This document shows, in pieces, positions 34,478-45,317 of a stretch of DNA of 64,000 nt. Positions within the stretch are counted from its first letter, which is position 1. The number at the start of each line of letters is the position of its first letter. The notes beneath the pieces were generated by a model. That model was not told where the DNA came from and ran no database searches. It saw only the letters and a list, made by a program, of their open reading frames with translations. The DNA lies in contig CBDCDS010000003.1 in NCBI GenBank assembly GCA_965215365.1, positions 1,024,001 through 1,088,000 of the forward strand, in the 5' to 3' direction. A program made the translations under genes and the position numbers. Origin of the DNA: Gammaproteobacteria bacterium (GTDB lineage Bacteria > Pseudomonadota > Gammaproteobacteria > Eutrophobiales > Eutrophobiaceae).

Positions 34478-35968
34478 TCAACCCGGCTGATAGTCCCCTG
34501 TATATTGACTTAGCTGTTTGTTGAAGATCATCAACCCGTCATCGGCTTCCCGGTTGGTTGCGTGGGCAAGTAACTGTGCCTTGATATCGCCGTAATCAGA
34601 CCAGTTTTGTGCGGCACTGTATTGTTGCAACTGGTGTAATACCTTGACCATGATGCGAAAACTGTCACGCCGTGTCGCCTGACGCAGGCCGTTCAGGTAA
34701 TTTTCACGACACACCGGGGGAATGACAATCTTGTGCTGGTCATGCGCCACCAGTTCGGCGTTCATCATGATACGTGCCATGCGTCCGTTACCGTCGTTGA
34801 ACGGGTGCACTTCAGCGATCATGAAATGCATGAACAATGCGCGTTTAATACCGGGCCTTAGTTGCCGATAGAATTCAAAACCTTGTAATAGCGTACCTTC
34901 CACAAGTTCCGGCAGGACAAACTGTGTGGCGCCGGCCTGATTGGGAACCTGTTTGAACCGGCCCGGCTGTTGCTCGGGACGTTGCGCCAGCAGGATGCCA
35001 TGTCGTGATTTCAGTATGCAGATGAGGCTCTCGGCGCTATCAGGGGTCAGCGTCATCTCTGCGTGGTCGTGGCTAAGGTCGATATGCGACAGCAAATCGT
35101 GGCTGTCTTCATGTCGTTGATATAGCGCCTGACCGGAGCTGACGATGCGCTCGGCCTCGTCCATGGTGAACCGTGTCCCTTCAATATAATTAGAGAAATA
35201 ACTTTCAAAGAAGGCGAGGTTGCGCCAGCCGGCATTGTCATAGGTATAGCTGTGTTCAGTCAGGTCGAGTTTGGCAAGGTAGTTCGCCAGTGCGGAGAAG
35301 CGCTTAAGCCGTTCCCGGTCAAAGGGTTTGCTTTGCGCTCGCGCAATACCGGCGCGTGTGACCAGCGTGCCACCGACCGGATGGGTCTTTAGTATTGCGG
35401 CCGCCATTTCGTTGAGTTGTTGCTGTTGTCTCTCCTTGCCAAGTAAAGGCGCCAGGGCTGACGCTTCGTCCCTCAGTTGGTTTATCCCGGCCTCACCGCG
35501 CACTGCCAGTTCGTCCAGCAGTTGTAACTCGACCCATGCTCTCCCCAGTTTTTTCGGGGAGTCTGCTTTGGCACGCACCGAGGTGAGATTCTCCAACAGT
35601 TGGCGCGGCACATTACTGCGCTGCATTTCCGCAGAGAAAGGTTCCGTGCCATGTTTTACGTTACCTGCCTCAATGCTCAAGCGCAGCGGACCAACACTGA
35701 CGGTGCGGCGCGCGCCCGCAGCCACCATCAAATAAACGCGATTGTCGATGGGACGTAACTCACAAGCGGTGCTGTAAACTGCCACCGGCTCAGTGAAAAG
35801 AAAATTGGCAATAGTTACCCATCCAGTGTGTATAGTCTGTGTAATCTCTATCGGGTCATGACTGTCTATGTAAATGCCACTGCGCACTCGCGTGAGCTCG
35901 CCGCGGCGAAAACGCTGTTGCAGCGCGCGCCGCGTAAGTACGTCAGTGACAAAAAAAAGTGTCGCCAT
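34478..35968 (-). CDS. Fic family protein with N-terminal HTH-like domain
   Basis: Canonical HPFNDGNGRMAR; FESYFSNYIEGT; N-terminal RGELTRVRSGIY. Confidence 0.88.
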   Translation of the reverse strand: MATLFFVTDVLTRRALQQRFRRGELTRVRSGIYIDSHDPIEITQTIHTGWVTIANFLFTEPVAVYSTACELRPIDNRVYLMVAAGARRTVSVGPLRLSIEAGNVKHGTEPFSAEMQRSNVPRQLLENLTSVRAKADSPKKLGRAWVELQLLDELAVRGEAGINQLRDEASALAPLLGKERQQQQLNEMAAAILKTHPVGGTLVTRAGIARAQSKPFDRERLKRFSALANYLAKLDLTEHSYTYDNAGWRNLAFFESYFSNYIEGTRFTMDEAERIVSSGQALYQRHEDSHDLLSHIDLSHDHAEMTLTPDSAESLICILKSRHGILLAQRPEQQPGRFKQVPNQAGATQFVLPELVEGTLLQGFEFYRQLRPGIKRALFMHFMIAEVHPFNDGNGRMARIMMNAELVAHDQHKIVIPPVCRENYLNGLRQATRRDSFRIMVKVLHQLQQYSAAQNWSDYGDIKAQLLAHATNREADDGLMIFNKQLSQYTGDYQPG

Positions 35969-36120
35969 AATGTGCCAAAAACCAGACTGGTTGTTAATAA
36001 CTGTAGCATTTTTGTTAATTTCGTCAATTTCTCTCTCATATTTGTAGGTATTTCACCCGGGCTGGAGGGGCAGGATGCCCCCGACCCCGGACGCAAGAAG
36101 GGACAGGTAATCGGTGGGTG

Positions 36121-36438
36121 TTACTTGGATTGTTTTTCCGCCCGGCGCAGGAATACCTGCATTTCCCTGGCGGCTTGGAGGTCGCCGCGTTGTTCGGCGA
36201 CGGTGATGCCTTGTTGGAAGGCGCGGATGGCTTCGGGGTGTTTGTCGGCGGCGGTCAGGGTGCGACCGTACAGTTTCCAGGCGGCGGAGTAGTGCGGGTT
36301 CAGCTCGGTGGCGCGGGCCAGGTGCCGCGCGGCGTTGGCGTAGTCCTGTTGTTGATAGAGCAGGTTGCCTAAGGTGAAACGCAGCAGCGCATTGTCCTGG
36401 CCTTGTTCCAGCATGGATTGCAGTGTTGTGGCGTCCAT
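36121..36438 (-). CDS. Tetratricopeptide repeat protein
   Basis: DNALLRFTLG, YSAAWKLYGRTL, GDLQAAREMQVF. Confidence 0.8.
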   Translation of the reverse strand: MDATTLQSMLEQGQDNALLRFTLGNLLYQQQDYANAARHLARATELNPHYSAAWKLYGRTLTAADKHPEAIRAFQQGITVAEQRGDLQAAREMQVFLRRAEKQSK

Positions 36439-36458
36439 CAGTCGGGTAAGTTTGCCAT

Positions 36459-37043
36459 TCAACTACGGCGTTTTTGGGCCACCAGCATCGCCTCATTCCT
36501 GAACCCGCGGCGGGTGTCGCCCACCGCGCCTTCCTCATGGTAGTACAACACTTGCAGGGCAGGGAACAGCCGCAGCAGCTCGTTCGGCGCCAGCCGGTAG
36601 GCGGGATTGTCGGGGCCGGCGTCGGTGACTTTTTCCCGGATGAAGGTCTGGTAGAACAGCAAGCCCCGCTGACGCAGCGCGGCGCTGATAGCGGGCGCAA
36701 GGGTGCGGTCCAGGAAGCGGCTGACCACGATGACATCGAAGGACTCGGGGGTGGGAGGGTCGATGGTGACGTCACGTTGTTCGGTAATCAGTGCCAGTCG
36801 GCGTTGGTTGGCCTGTTCTGCAAGCGCTTGTATAGCTATCCTGGAAATATCCCAGGCGCGGGTGGCAAGGCCGTAGGCGGCGAGGTACAGGGCGTTGCCG
36901 CCGCGTCCGCAGGCCAGGTCCAGGGCATCGCCTCTGGCAGGCAGTAAATGTATATGGGAAGATAGTGCGCGGCAGGCTGCAACGGACTGCTCCACTTCGC
37001 CGGTGTAAATCCGGTCCCATTTGACCTGAGCTGTTTCGTTCAT
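36459..37043 (-). CDS. Class I SAM-dependent methyltransferase (TehB-like)
   Basis: ALDLACGRGGNA, FDVIVVSRFLDR, GLLFYQTF. Confidence 0.85.
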   Translation of the reverse strand: MNETAQVKWDRIYTGEVEQSVAACRALSSHIHLLPARGDALDLACGRGGNALYLAAYGLATRAWDISRIAIQALAEQANQRRLALITEQRDVTIDPPTPESFDVIVVSRFLDRTLAPAISAALRQRGLLFYQTFIREKVTDAGPDNPAYRLAPNELLRLFPALQVLYYHEEGAVGDTRRGFRNEAMLVAQKRRS

Positions 37044-37044
37044 T

Positions 37045-38496
37045 TCACTTGCGCCAGAAGGTCGGCGTCAGCAGTACCAGCAGGGTGAAAATTTCCAGTC
37101 GTCCCAGCAACATAGCCAGACACAGCAGCCACTTGGCTACGTCGTTGATGCCGGTGTAGTTGGCGCTGACCTCACCCAGGCCCGGGCCTAAGTTGTTGAG
37201 GCAGGCGGCCACTGCGGAAAATGCTGTGATCTGGTCCAGACCGGTTGCCATCAACAGTATCAACAACAACGCAAACACGGCCACATAGGAGGCAAAAAAG
37301 CCCCACACCGCGTTGATAACGGCTTCATCCACCGGTTTGCCGCCCAGTTTAATGCGGAAAATAGCGCTGGGATGAATCAGGCGCCGGATCTCCCGTCGGC
37401 CCTGCTTGTACAGCAGCACGATGCGGATCACTTTCAGGCCGCCGCCGGTGGAACCGGCGCAGGCGCCGATGAAGCTGGCAAACAGCAGCAGCACCGGCAG
37501 GAACGTGGGCCAGTCCTGGTAGGCCGCGGTGGTAAAGCCGGTGGTGGTGGCGATGGATACGGACTGAAAAATCCCGTGGCTGAGCGTCCCTAGGGTATCG
37601 GCATAAGTGGCCTTGGCCCACAGGTAAATACAGGTAATCACGCATAATCCGCACAACACGCCGATGAACGCCTTGACCTCGGAATCCCGGCGGTAAGTGT
37701 TCAGGCTCAGGGCGCGCCAGGCCATGAAATGCAGGGTGAAATTGATGCCTGCAATCAACATGAACACCACTGCCACGGCGTTGATCAGCTCACTGTCAAA
37801 GTGGCCGATACTGCGGTCGTGGGTGGAGAAGCCACCGATGGACACCGTGGAAAAGCTGTGGCTGACGGCGTCGAACAACGGCATACCGGCCAGCCAGTAC
37901 ATGAACGCGCAGGCAATGGTCAGCGACAGGTAGATATACCACAGCGCCTTAGCGGTTTCGGTGATGCGGGGCGTCAGCTTGGAGTCCTTGATCGGCCCCG
38001 GGGTCTCGGCGCGGTAGAGCTGCATACCGCCGATGCCGAGCATGGGTAGCACAGCCACCGCCAGCACGATGATGCCCATGCCGCCCAGCCATTGCAGTTG
38101 CTGCCGGTAGAACAGCAGGGATCTCGGCAGCTCGTCCAGCCCGGTCAATACCGTGGCGCCGGTGGTAGTCAGGCCGGACACGGATTCAAAGACCGAATCG
38201 GTAAAAGAGATATAAGGCTTGCCGGTGAGCAGGAACGGCATGGCCCCGGCCAGGCCCAGCCCGGCCCAGAACAATACCACCACGATAAAACCGTCCCGCA
38301 AACGCAGTTCCTTCTTCACCTTGTACACCGGCAACCACAGGAACGCGCCCACTGTGAGGATGAGGAACAAGCACAGCAGCAACGCCTTTATCGTTTTTTC
38401 TTCATAAAAGATCGCCAGGGCCAGCGGCGGCAACAGGGTCGTGCTGAACAGCATCAGCAGCAACCCCAGGGTTTTCTGGATGGCGAGGAATTGCAT
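37045..38496 (-). CDS. trkH: Trk potassium uptake membrane protein
   Basis: Selectivity motifs TTTGAT, SIGGFS, TTTGF, NNLGPG; GRLE. Confidence 0.95.
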   Translation of the reverse strand: MQFLAIQKTLGLLLMLFSTTLLPPLALAIFYEEKTIKALLLCLFLILTVGAFLWLPVYKVKKELRLRDGFIVVVLFWAGLGLAGAMPFLLTGKPYISFTDSVFESVSGLTTTGATVLTGLDELPRSLLFYRQQLQWLGGMGIIVLAVAVLPMLGIGGMQLYRAETPGPIKDSKLTPRITETAKALWYIYLSLTIACAFMYWLAGMPLFDAVSHSFSTVSIGGFSTHDRSIGHFDSELINAVAVVFMLIAGINFTLHFMAWRALSLNTYRRDSEVKAFIGVLCGLCVITCIYLWAKATYADTLGTLSHGIFQSVSIATTTGFTTAAYQDWPTFLPVLLLFASFIGACAGSTGGGLKVIRIVLLYKQGRREIRRLIHPSAIFRIKLGGKPVDEAVINAVWGFFASYVAVFALLLILLMATGLDQITAFSAVAACLNNLGPGLGEVSANYTGINDVAKWLLCLAMLLGRLEIFTLLVLLTPTFWRK

Positions 38497-39869
38497 TACA
38501 GAAAAGTAATCCTTACCTGGAACAGTTTTTCCACCTCCGGCACGCGGCTTTTGTCGCCGACCAGCAGGATGACGTGGTCTTCGGAGGCGATGACGGTGTC
38601 GTGGTGGGCGATGATCACCTTGTCGTCGCGTACGATGGCACCGATGCTGGTGTCCGGCGGCAGGGTCAGTTCCTCGATCGTTCTGCCGACCACGTTGGAG
38701 GTGTTGCGGTCGCCGTGGGCGACGGCTTCGATGGCCTCTGCGGCGCCGCGTCGCAGTGAGTGCACCACCACCACATCGCCCTTGCGGATATGCGCCAGCA
38801 GGCTGCCGATGGTGGCCTGTTGCGGGGAAATGGCGATATCGATGACGTTGCTTTGCACCAGGTCCACGTAGGCTGCCCGGTTGATCAAGGCCATGACCTT
38901 GTGCGCGCCCAGACGCTTGGCCAGCATACAGGAGATGATGTTGGCTTCATCGGCATTGGTCAGGGCGCAGAACACATCGGTGTTCTCTATATTTTCTTCC
39001 AGCAGCAGTTCTTCATCGGCGGCATCGCCGTTTAAGACGATGGCGTGGCTCAGTTCCTCCGCAGCCTGCCGCGCGGTGTGCGCCGACAGTTCGATGACCT
39101 TGACTTGGTATTTCTTCTCCAGCAACTTCGCCAGCCGCTGGCCGATATTGCCGCCGCCGGCGATGATGATGCGTTTTACCGGTTCATCCGTGTGTTTGGT
39201 CGATTTCAGCAGGTTCCTGATATGTTTGGGGGCGCCGATGATGAAGACTTCATCACCGGCGAGTATTTCCGTGTCGCCGTCGGGGATAATCGTCTGCCCG
39301 CCGCGGAAGATAGAGACAATACGAAATTCGATAGTCGGCAGGCGTCCGCTGAGCTCGCTTATGCGGTTGCCGACGAGCATGCTTTGCGGCACTATCTTCA
39401 GCGCCACCATCTGCACCCGGCCGGAGGCAAAATCCATTACCTGCAAGGCGCCGGGGACGCCAATCAGGCGCGCGATATATTCGGTCACCACCTGTTCCGG
39501 GCTGATCAATACGTCCACCGGCATGGCTTCCTGGGCAAAAAACCCCGTGCTGTTGAGGTATTCGTTGTTGCGCACCCGGGCGATTTTCATCGGCGTGTGG
39601 AACATGGTGTAGGCCACCTGGCAGGCGACCATGTTAATTTCATCGCTGTTGGTGACCGCGATGATCATGTCTGCGTCTCGGGCGCCGGCCTGTGCCAGCG
39701 TGGAGGGGTAGGACGCAACCCCGGTCACGGTCTTTAAGTCCAGCCGTTCCTGTAAATTGCGCAACGGCGCCGGGTCGTGGTCAATGAGGGTAATGTCATT
39801 GGCTTCACTGCAAAGATTGGCGGCTACGGATGAACCGACCTGGCCTGCCCCCAGAATGATAATCTTCAC
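38496..39869 (-). CDS. trkA: Trk potassium uptake RCK subunit
   Basis: Two GxGxxG RCK_N domains (GAGQVG; GGGNIG). Confidence 0.95.
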   Translation of the reverse strand: MKIIILGAGQVGSSVAANLCSEANDITLIDHDPAPLRNLQERLDLKTVTGVASYPSTLAQAGARDADMIIAVTNSDEINMVACQVAYTMFHTPMKIARVRNNEYLNSTGFFAQEAMPVDVLISPEQVVTEYIARLIGVPGALQVMDFASGRVQMVALKIVPQSMLVGNRISELSGRLPTIEFRIVSIFRGGQTIIPDGDTEILAGDEVFIIGAPKHIRNLLKSTKHTDEPVKRIIIAGGGNIGQRLAKLLEKKYQVKVIELSAHTARQAAEELSHAIVLNGDAADEELLLEENIENTDVFCALTNADEANIISCMLAKRLGAHKVMALINRAAYVDLVQSNVIDIAISPQQATIGSLLAHIRKGDVVVVHSLRRGAAEAIEAVAHGDRNTSNVVGRTIEELTLPPDTSIGAIVRDDKVIIAHHDTVIASEDHVILLVGDKSRVPEVEKLFQVRITFL

Positions 39870-41221
39870 GACTTGATATCAATACCGAGGGACTTGAGCT
39901 TCCGGTACAGGTGAGTGCGTTCCATGTGGACGTTCCGGGCCATTTTACTGACACTGCCGTTGGCCAGTTTCAACTGATACTCCAGGTAGTCCCGTTCAAA
40001 GTTTTCCCGCGCCTGACGCAGGGGTAAATCGAGGTTTTTCACGCTGTCGGCAGCTTTTTTGGCAGGCATATCGCCCAGCGTTGTTTCGACTTCCTCCAGG
40101 TCGATGGCCGTGGGTCCGCCCAGTATCAGCATTCTCTGCACCAGGTTTTTCAGTTCCCTGATATTGCCCGGCCAGGGATAGCGGCGCAGCCGGTTCTGTG
40201 CAGCAGTAGTGAAAGATCGGTACGGAAGTCCCTCCTGCTCGACCAGGAAATTGACAAAATATTCCAGCACCGCGGGGACATCTTCGTAATGTTCGCGCAG
40301 TGCCGGCACGATGATTGGCACCACGTTGAGTTGAAAATAGAGTTCGTCCAGGAACGCGCCCTCTTGCACCTGGTTGGCAAGGTTGTATCGGGTCGCGGCG
40401 ATGACCCTGGCATTGAGCGTAATCGGGGTGGAGCCGTTAACCCGCTTGTAAGACCTGTTTTTGAGCATGTCGCACAAGCGCGCCTGTGCAACCTGATCCA
40501 TATCGGCAATATCCTTGATGAACAGGGTGCCGCCTTCCGCCTCATCAAGATGACCCGTGACGGCTTCATTTTGGATCTGTTCACCATATAACTCGCTGAT
40601 GACCGCGTCCGGTTCCCGGGCTGACACGCTGACGTTGACAAAAGACTTGTCCCTGCGCGCGCTGGCTGTGTGCAGGTGGCGGGCAAGTGCCTCTTTGTCG
40701 GTGCCCGGCTCTCCCACAATCAACACCGGCGTATCGAGGTCGGCGACCTTGTGCAGTCGCTCGCGCAGGTTCGACATCAGGCTGCTTTTACCGATGATGC
40801 GGTAGGACGCATTAGAGTCCAGGCGTAGCCTCAGGTTTTCTTTCTGCAGTCTTGACGCATATAGGGCATTCCTGATAGTCAGCATCAACTTGGCCAGGGA
40901 CAACGGCTTTTCCAGGTAATCGTAGGCACCGAGGCGCGTGGCCTCCACCGCGGTGCCGATGTTGCCATGCCCGGACATCATGATGACCGGACTGCTCAGC
41001 TTGCCCGAGTCACGCCATTCCTTTAACAGGGTAATGCCATCCATGTCCGGCATCCAGATATCGAGCAACACCAGGCGCGGCCGGAATTGCTTCAGCAAGG
41101 TACGGGCCGCGGCGGCGTTTTCCGCGGTGGCTACCTCAAAACCCTCATCCACAAGGATTTCCCGGATCAGCCGCCTGATCTCGGCCTCATCATCAACAAC
41201 GAGAATCTTCTCACCGTTCAC
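39866..41221 (-). CDS. ntrX: NtrX-like response regulator (REC-AAA-HTH)
   Basis: LLDIWMPDMDG, WPGNIRELKN, ERTHLYRKLK; GAFTGA absent; follows an NtrY-like kinase. Confidence 0.8.
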   Translation of the reverse strand: MNGEKILVVDDEAEIRRLIREILVDEGFEVATAENAAAARTLLKQFRPRLVLLDIWMPDMDGITLLKEWRDSGKLSSPVIMMSGHGNIGTAVEATRLGAYDYLEKPLSLAKLMLTIRNALYASRLQKENLRLRLDSNASYRIIGKSSLMSNLRERLHKVADLDTPVLIVGEPGTDKEALARHLHTASARRDKSFVNVSVSAREPDAVISELYGEQIQNEAVTGHLDEAEGGTLFIKDIADMDQVAQARLCDMLKNRSYKRVNGSTPITLNARVIAATRYNLANQVQEGAFLDELYFQLNVVPIIVPALREHYEDVPAVLEYFVNFLVEQEGLPYRSFTTAAQNRLRRYPWPGNIRELKNLVQRMLILGGPTAIDLEEVETTLGDMPAKKAADSVKNLDLPLRQARENFERDYLEYQLKLANGSVSKMARNVHMERTHLYRKLKSLGIDIKS

Positions 41222-43431
41222 ATTGCATCTCTGTTTGCGGCAACCATGCGTTCCGGCGCGTTATCGCTGCGATTGACCGGCAACCTGATGATGACACAGG
41301 CGCCCGGTTCGTTTTCATTGTTGTTAATCATGACCAGACCGCCATGTTCTTCGATAATTTTCTTCACAATGGCCAACCCCAGGCCAGTGCCTTTCTGCTT
41401 GGTCGTCACGTAGGGTTCAAACACAGCCGACATTATATCCTTGTTTAGTCCACTTCCGGTATCCCGGATGCGAATTTCCACATAATCCATGGTCGTCCGG
41501 CTGATCTGGGCGGTGGAGATTAACACAGATAGAGGTTCTTGCGGGCGGCCTGCATCCAGCGCGTTCGTGATGACGTTGTTGAAAACCTGCCGCAGGCGCT
41601 CCGGGTCGGCGCTGAGCACCGCCAGCTCCCGGCTCAGGCTGAGGCTGATGCTGGCGTTGTTGTCCATGTTGTTATAGAGGTCGGCGACTTCCTCCAGCAG
41701 GCTGTTGACATCCACCGCACGCGGTGTCATGACCGGCGCCCTGGCATAATCGGAAAAGGCGCTCACCATGCCTTTCATGGTTTCCACTTGGTTGATGATG
41801 GTGTTGGTGAGCCGGTTCAGCGTCTTGGCCTGGTCCGGGGGTGAGCTATCGAGATATTTGTGGCGCAGGCGTTCCGCGGCCAGTTGTATGGGGGTCAGCG
41901 GATTCCTGATTTCGTGCGCCAGCCGCCGTGCCATCTCGCTCCAGGCCGCATCCCGCTGACCTTGCAGCAAGGCCGTGATGTCATCGAATACGACGATATG
42001 CACCGGTGCCTGTTCCTGCGCCGGCACCACGGAAGTGCCCCTGCAGATAAGCACCTGGCGCCCGCTGGCACCGAACAGGATAACCTGTCGCTCCCACACA
42101 TGTTCCACTTGATCGGACTGGGTGTTGATCAGTTCATGCAGGGGTTCCAGATGGTTATAGCGTGAGCAGATTTGCTCTAACGGCTGCCCGATAATCTTGC
42201 CGAGATCGAGCCCGAGGATGCGCCCGCCGCTGATGTTGATGGTGCGCAGGCAGTTTGCCGCATCCAGCACCAGCACGCCCGAAGATAACCGTTCCAGCAC
42301 CGCTTCTAGGTATTTTTGCTGGGTTTCCGCCTCGTCCTGACTGTATCTGGCCGCATCCCTGGCGTTGGCAATCTTGCGGGTCATGTCGTTGAAGGACACC
42401 ACCAGAAAGCCCAGCTCATCACTGCCTGATACCGGCAGTCTGGTGTGGTAATCGCCTTCGGCCACGGCGCGGGTGCCTTCCGCCAGATCGCGAATCGGCG
42501 CCGCCAGCCGCCGGGCGGAATAAAATGCGGCCCAGACTGCGGAGAACATGCTGAACAGGAATACCATGGTCAGGATCAGGATAAAACTCAACTTGAGCTG
42601 TTCTCTCAGGTAAGACAGTTCCTCGTACTCGGTAAACGCCGACTGCACGCTTTGCGCGAGTTCGTTAACCCGTGCGGTGACCGGGTACAGGGCATGCAGG
42701 ATGCGCGGGCCCACACCGAAGGTGTAATTGGGCAGGTTGACTACGACCCGGAAGGACAATCCAGCGTTTCTGATGGTGTCCATGCCGATATAACTGTTGC
42801 CTTGCAAAACCTGGAACAGGACGCTGTCGGCGGGCGCTTCCGGCACCAGATTATCCGGGTTGGCTGAGCTGTAACCGATAATAATCCCCTGTCTGGTCAG
42901 GACGGTCAGTTCATCGGCACCGCTGCGGCCGCGCAGGCGATCGACTTCAAGGGGAATCGATGCGTCCGGGGTGCGTGCAATATATTCCGCCATTTCCTCA
43001 GACTGCCTGAGCAGTTCCTTCATGCGATTCTCAAGGCCGAGCTGGCTCAATTCCAGCGAGTCCTCCAGCGCTTGTTCTATGCGCAAATCGAACCAACTGT
43101 CGATGCCCCGGTATAGAAAATCCAGGGAGAAGTAGTAGAGGATGAGGATTGGCGCGACCGACAGGATCGCGAACATAGTGACCATGCGCACCGTCAGACG
43201 GGCACCGGCAATGCGTTGCCGGGCCTGTTTGATCAGGCCGCGGATATTCAGGCCGATTAAAATGACCAGGGCCAGCAGGCCCAGAGTGTTGAAAATTAAC
43301 AGGCCGGTATAGAATTCATCGAACTGCGCCGGGTTCTGCAGGGCTTGGCTCAGGATTAACAACGATGCCAGCATGCACACGAACAACAGCACGCCCAGCA
43401 GCAGTATCAAACGTCCGCCACCCGCTTTCAT
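41218..43431 (-). CDS. ntrY: NtrY-like sensor histidine kinase (HAMP-PAS-HisKA)
   Basis: AWSEMARRLAHEIRNPLTPIQL, FEPYVTTK, GTGLGL. Confidence 0.82.
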   Translation of the reverse strand: MKAGGGRLILLLGVLLFVCMLASLLILSQALQNPAQFDEFYTGLLIFNTLGLLALVILIGLNIRGLIKQARQRIAGARLTVRMVTMFAILSVAPILILYYFSLDFLYRGIDSWFDLRIEQALEDSLELSQLGLENRMKELLRQSEEMAEYIARTPDASIPLEVDRLRGRSGADELTVLTRQGIIIGYSSANPDNLVPEAPADSVLFQVLQGNSYIGMDTIRNAGLSFRVVVNLPNYTFGVGPRILHALYPVTARVNELAQSVQSAFTEYEELSYLREQLKLSFILILTMVFLFSMFSAVWAAFYSARRLAAPIRDLAEGTRAVAEGDYHTRLPVSGSDELGFLVVSFNDMTRKIANARDAARYSQDEAETQQKYLEAVLERLSSGVLVLDAANCLRTINISGGRILGLDLGKIIGQPLEQICSRYNHLEPLHELINTQSDQVEHVWERQVILFGASGRQVLICRGTSVVPAQEQAPVHIVVFDDITALLQGQRDAAWSEMARRLAHEIRNPLTPIQLAAERLRHKYLDSSPPDQAKTLNRLTNTIINQVETMKGMVSAFSDYARAPVMTPRAVDVNSLLEEVADLYNNMDNNASISLSLSRELAVLSADPERLRQVFNNVITNALDAGRPQEPLSVLISTAQISRTTMDYVEIRIRDTGSGLNKDIMSAVFEPYVTTKQKGTGLGLAIVKKIIEEHGGLVMINNNENEPGACVIIRLPVNRSDNAPERMVAANRDAM

Positions 43432-43982
43432 TGCTCGAGCATCCATCTGTGCCAGCCGCTCTCCGCTTGCCACTTGTTCACCAGGAAGGCCACCGGTTTC
43501 ATCGGCGGCGGCAGGTTTGTTACATTTATCACACCCTTGAGCGCGGCGCGCAACCTGGTCCCGCGCCTGAGTTCCGCAGCGCCCAACAGCAGGTACCGGT
43601 CGAGCCTGCCCATGTATTTCAGCGCGTTTTCCAGGGTGTCAAACTGGCGCTGCTCGGCTTTGCTGACGGTGGTAACGATATATACATCCGACAACGGCAA
43701 GTAGTCCAGCCGGTATTTTATCCGGGCCTCCCGGTACAGCCGGTCGCGCCACCACCGGCGCTGTTCCCTGACCCTGATGATAATGCGCACATCCAGTTCC
43801 ACACCGTGGTCCAGTGCCTCCCGCAAGTCCTCATCCAGGTTAAAATTGATACGCGCATTGATGTAATAATCGCCTGCCACCCGCTCGGAGGAGACCGCAT
43901 CCACAACGATCCCGCCCGCCGCCGCGTGCAGGTCGGCACTGAGCAGCACCAGCAAAAACAGGGTGACGTATGCTGTTTTCAT
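43428..43982 (-). CDS. DUF4390 domain protein
   Basis: Signal peptide, LREALDHGV, LPPPMKP; conserved position upstream of ntrY. Confidence 0.8.
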   Translation of the reverse strand: MKTAYVTLFLLVLLSADLHAAAGGIVVDAVSSERVAGDYYINARINFNLDEDLREALDHGVELDVRIIIRVREQRRWWRDRLYREARIKYRLDYLPLSDVYIVTTVSKAEQRQFDTLENALKYMGRLDRYLLLGAAELRRGTRLRAALKGVINVTNLPPPMKPVAFLVNKWQAESGWHRWMLEQ

Positions 43983-43995
43983 AAACAAGCGCTAT

Positions 43996-44157
43996 TATGG
44001 GCACCTCTAAAAATTAGAGGTGCCCGTGCAGCATAAGGATATGCTGCCAGTAACAGCAAGCACGTAAGTGCTTGAAAATGAAGGAAACGGAAAATCACAT
44101 TTTTTCGTTTCCGTCTCTAAAAATGCCACGGAGGGCATTTTTAGAGGTTACCATATA
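43996..44157. mobile_element. ~160-bp MITE-like multi-hairpin element, copy B (inverted vs copy A), left edge of CRISPR island
   Basis: Reverse complement aligns with 14683-14841 throughout, with compensatory stem changes. Confidence 0.75.
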
Positions 44158-44208
44158 TTGTTTCTCCCGGTTTAATCTACACGGGGGAAGGTCTGGTTTA
44201 CTCAGACT

Positions 44209-44220
44209 GGCAAGCTTGCT
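44209..44220. promoter_or_regulatory. Candidate operator palindrome upstream of cas6
   Basis: GGCAAGCTTGCT preceded by TTTACTCA; same motif at 46538 and 55339. Confidence 0.5.
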
Positions 44221-44294
44221 GTTGGTAGCCATATCAGGGCAATGCTGTATGATCGGGATGGTAATCAGGATCCTATACTTCCTGATATCCCATT

Positions 44295-45305
44295 ATGACA
44301 GTTTCCACCAGACACAGAACTGAGGCACGCAGCAACCGGGAGGCCGCCGGCAACACCGCGTCGTTGGGTGAGATTAAACTGCCTCTGGCCTGTTATCGTT
44401 TCCGGTTGCGTGCGCGGGAGACGATGCGCTTGCCGGATTATTCTGGATCCGCTTGGCGGGGGGCGTTCGGCAACAGCTTGAAAAAGCTGGTATGTATCAC
44501 CCGCGAACCACAATGTGAGCCTTGCTTGCTGTATCGCAACTGTATTTATCCTTATGTCTTTGAAACACCGCCTGACCCGAGCACAGGCAAACTGCGGAAA
44601 TACAATGCTGCGCCGCATCCGTTTGTACTACGCCCCGGAACCACCCTGAGAGGATATCTGCACCCGGATACCGAACACAACTTGTACCTGACGCTGTTCG
44701 GTCGCGGCAATAACCACCTTCCTTATATCATACACGCACTGGAGCGAGCGACCCAACGAGGCCTGGGCAAGCATAAAGGCAAATTTGATTTGCTGGAATT
44801 GCAACAATATCAGGCTGACGACTGGCGCGGGGTCTATACCCCCGGCGGTGAATTACAGCATCACGCCGCGACTTATGTGGATACGCCGGATTGTCCGGCG
44901 CGCATGACTCTTGAGTTTTTTACACCGATGCGCTGCAAGACTGAAGGTCACTTGGTGACACCGGAACGTTTTACCTTTAAGACGCTGTTCTCCTCCTTGT
45001 TAAGACGGCTGTCCTTGCTCACCACGTTTCATACCGATACCCCGCTGGCAACCGATTTCAAAGGGCTGACCCAGGCCGCCGGAGAAATACCCACGGCACA
45101 CTCTGAGTTACGCTGGCATGACTGGACCCGTTATTCCAGTCGCCAGGACACTCTGATGCAGTTGGGAGGCCTGTCAGGTACGGTAAGCTTCGAAAGCAGC
45201 GAGCTGGCCGTTTTCTGGCCCTACCTGTGGTTGGGACAATGGACTCATGCCGGTAAAAACACCAGCATGGGGCTGGGTAAATATAAAATCACCAACAGGT
45301 ACTGA
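44295..45305 (+). CDS. cas6: CRISPR pre-crRNA processing endoribonuclease Cas6
   Basis: GSAWRGAFG, CxxC..C motif, WTRYSSRQ, C-terminal G-rich loop HAGKNTSMGLGKY. Confidence 0.9.
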   Translation: MTVSTRHRTEARSNREAAGNTASLGEIKLPLACYRFRLRARETMRLPDYSGSAWRGAFGNSLKKLVCITREPQCEPCLLYRNCIYPYVFETPPDPSTGKLRKYNAAPHPFVLRPGTTLRGYLHPDTEHNLYLTLFGRGNNHLPYIIHALERATQRGLGKHKGKFDLLELQQYQADDWRGVYTPGGELQHHAATYVDTPDCPARMTLEFFTPMRCKTEGHLVTPERFTFKTLFSSLLRRLSLLTTFHTDTPLATDFKGLTQAAGEIPTAHSELRWHDWTRYSSRQDTLMQLGGLSGTVSFESSELAVFWPYLWLGQWTHAGKNTSMGLGKYKITNRY

Positions 45306-45317
45306 GCGGTGTCTGTG

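Noticed and set aside
39866-41221. Missing GAFTGA motif in a sigma54-type regulator
   Set aside because: Typical of NtrX-like proteins in this gene context; not novel.
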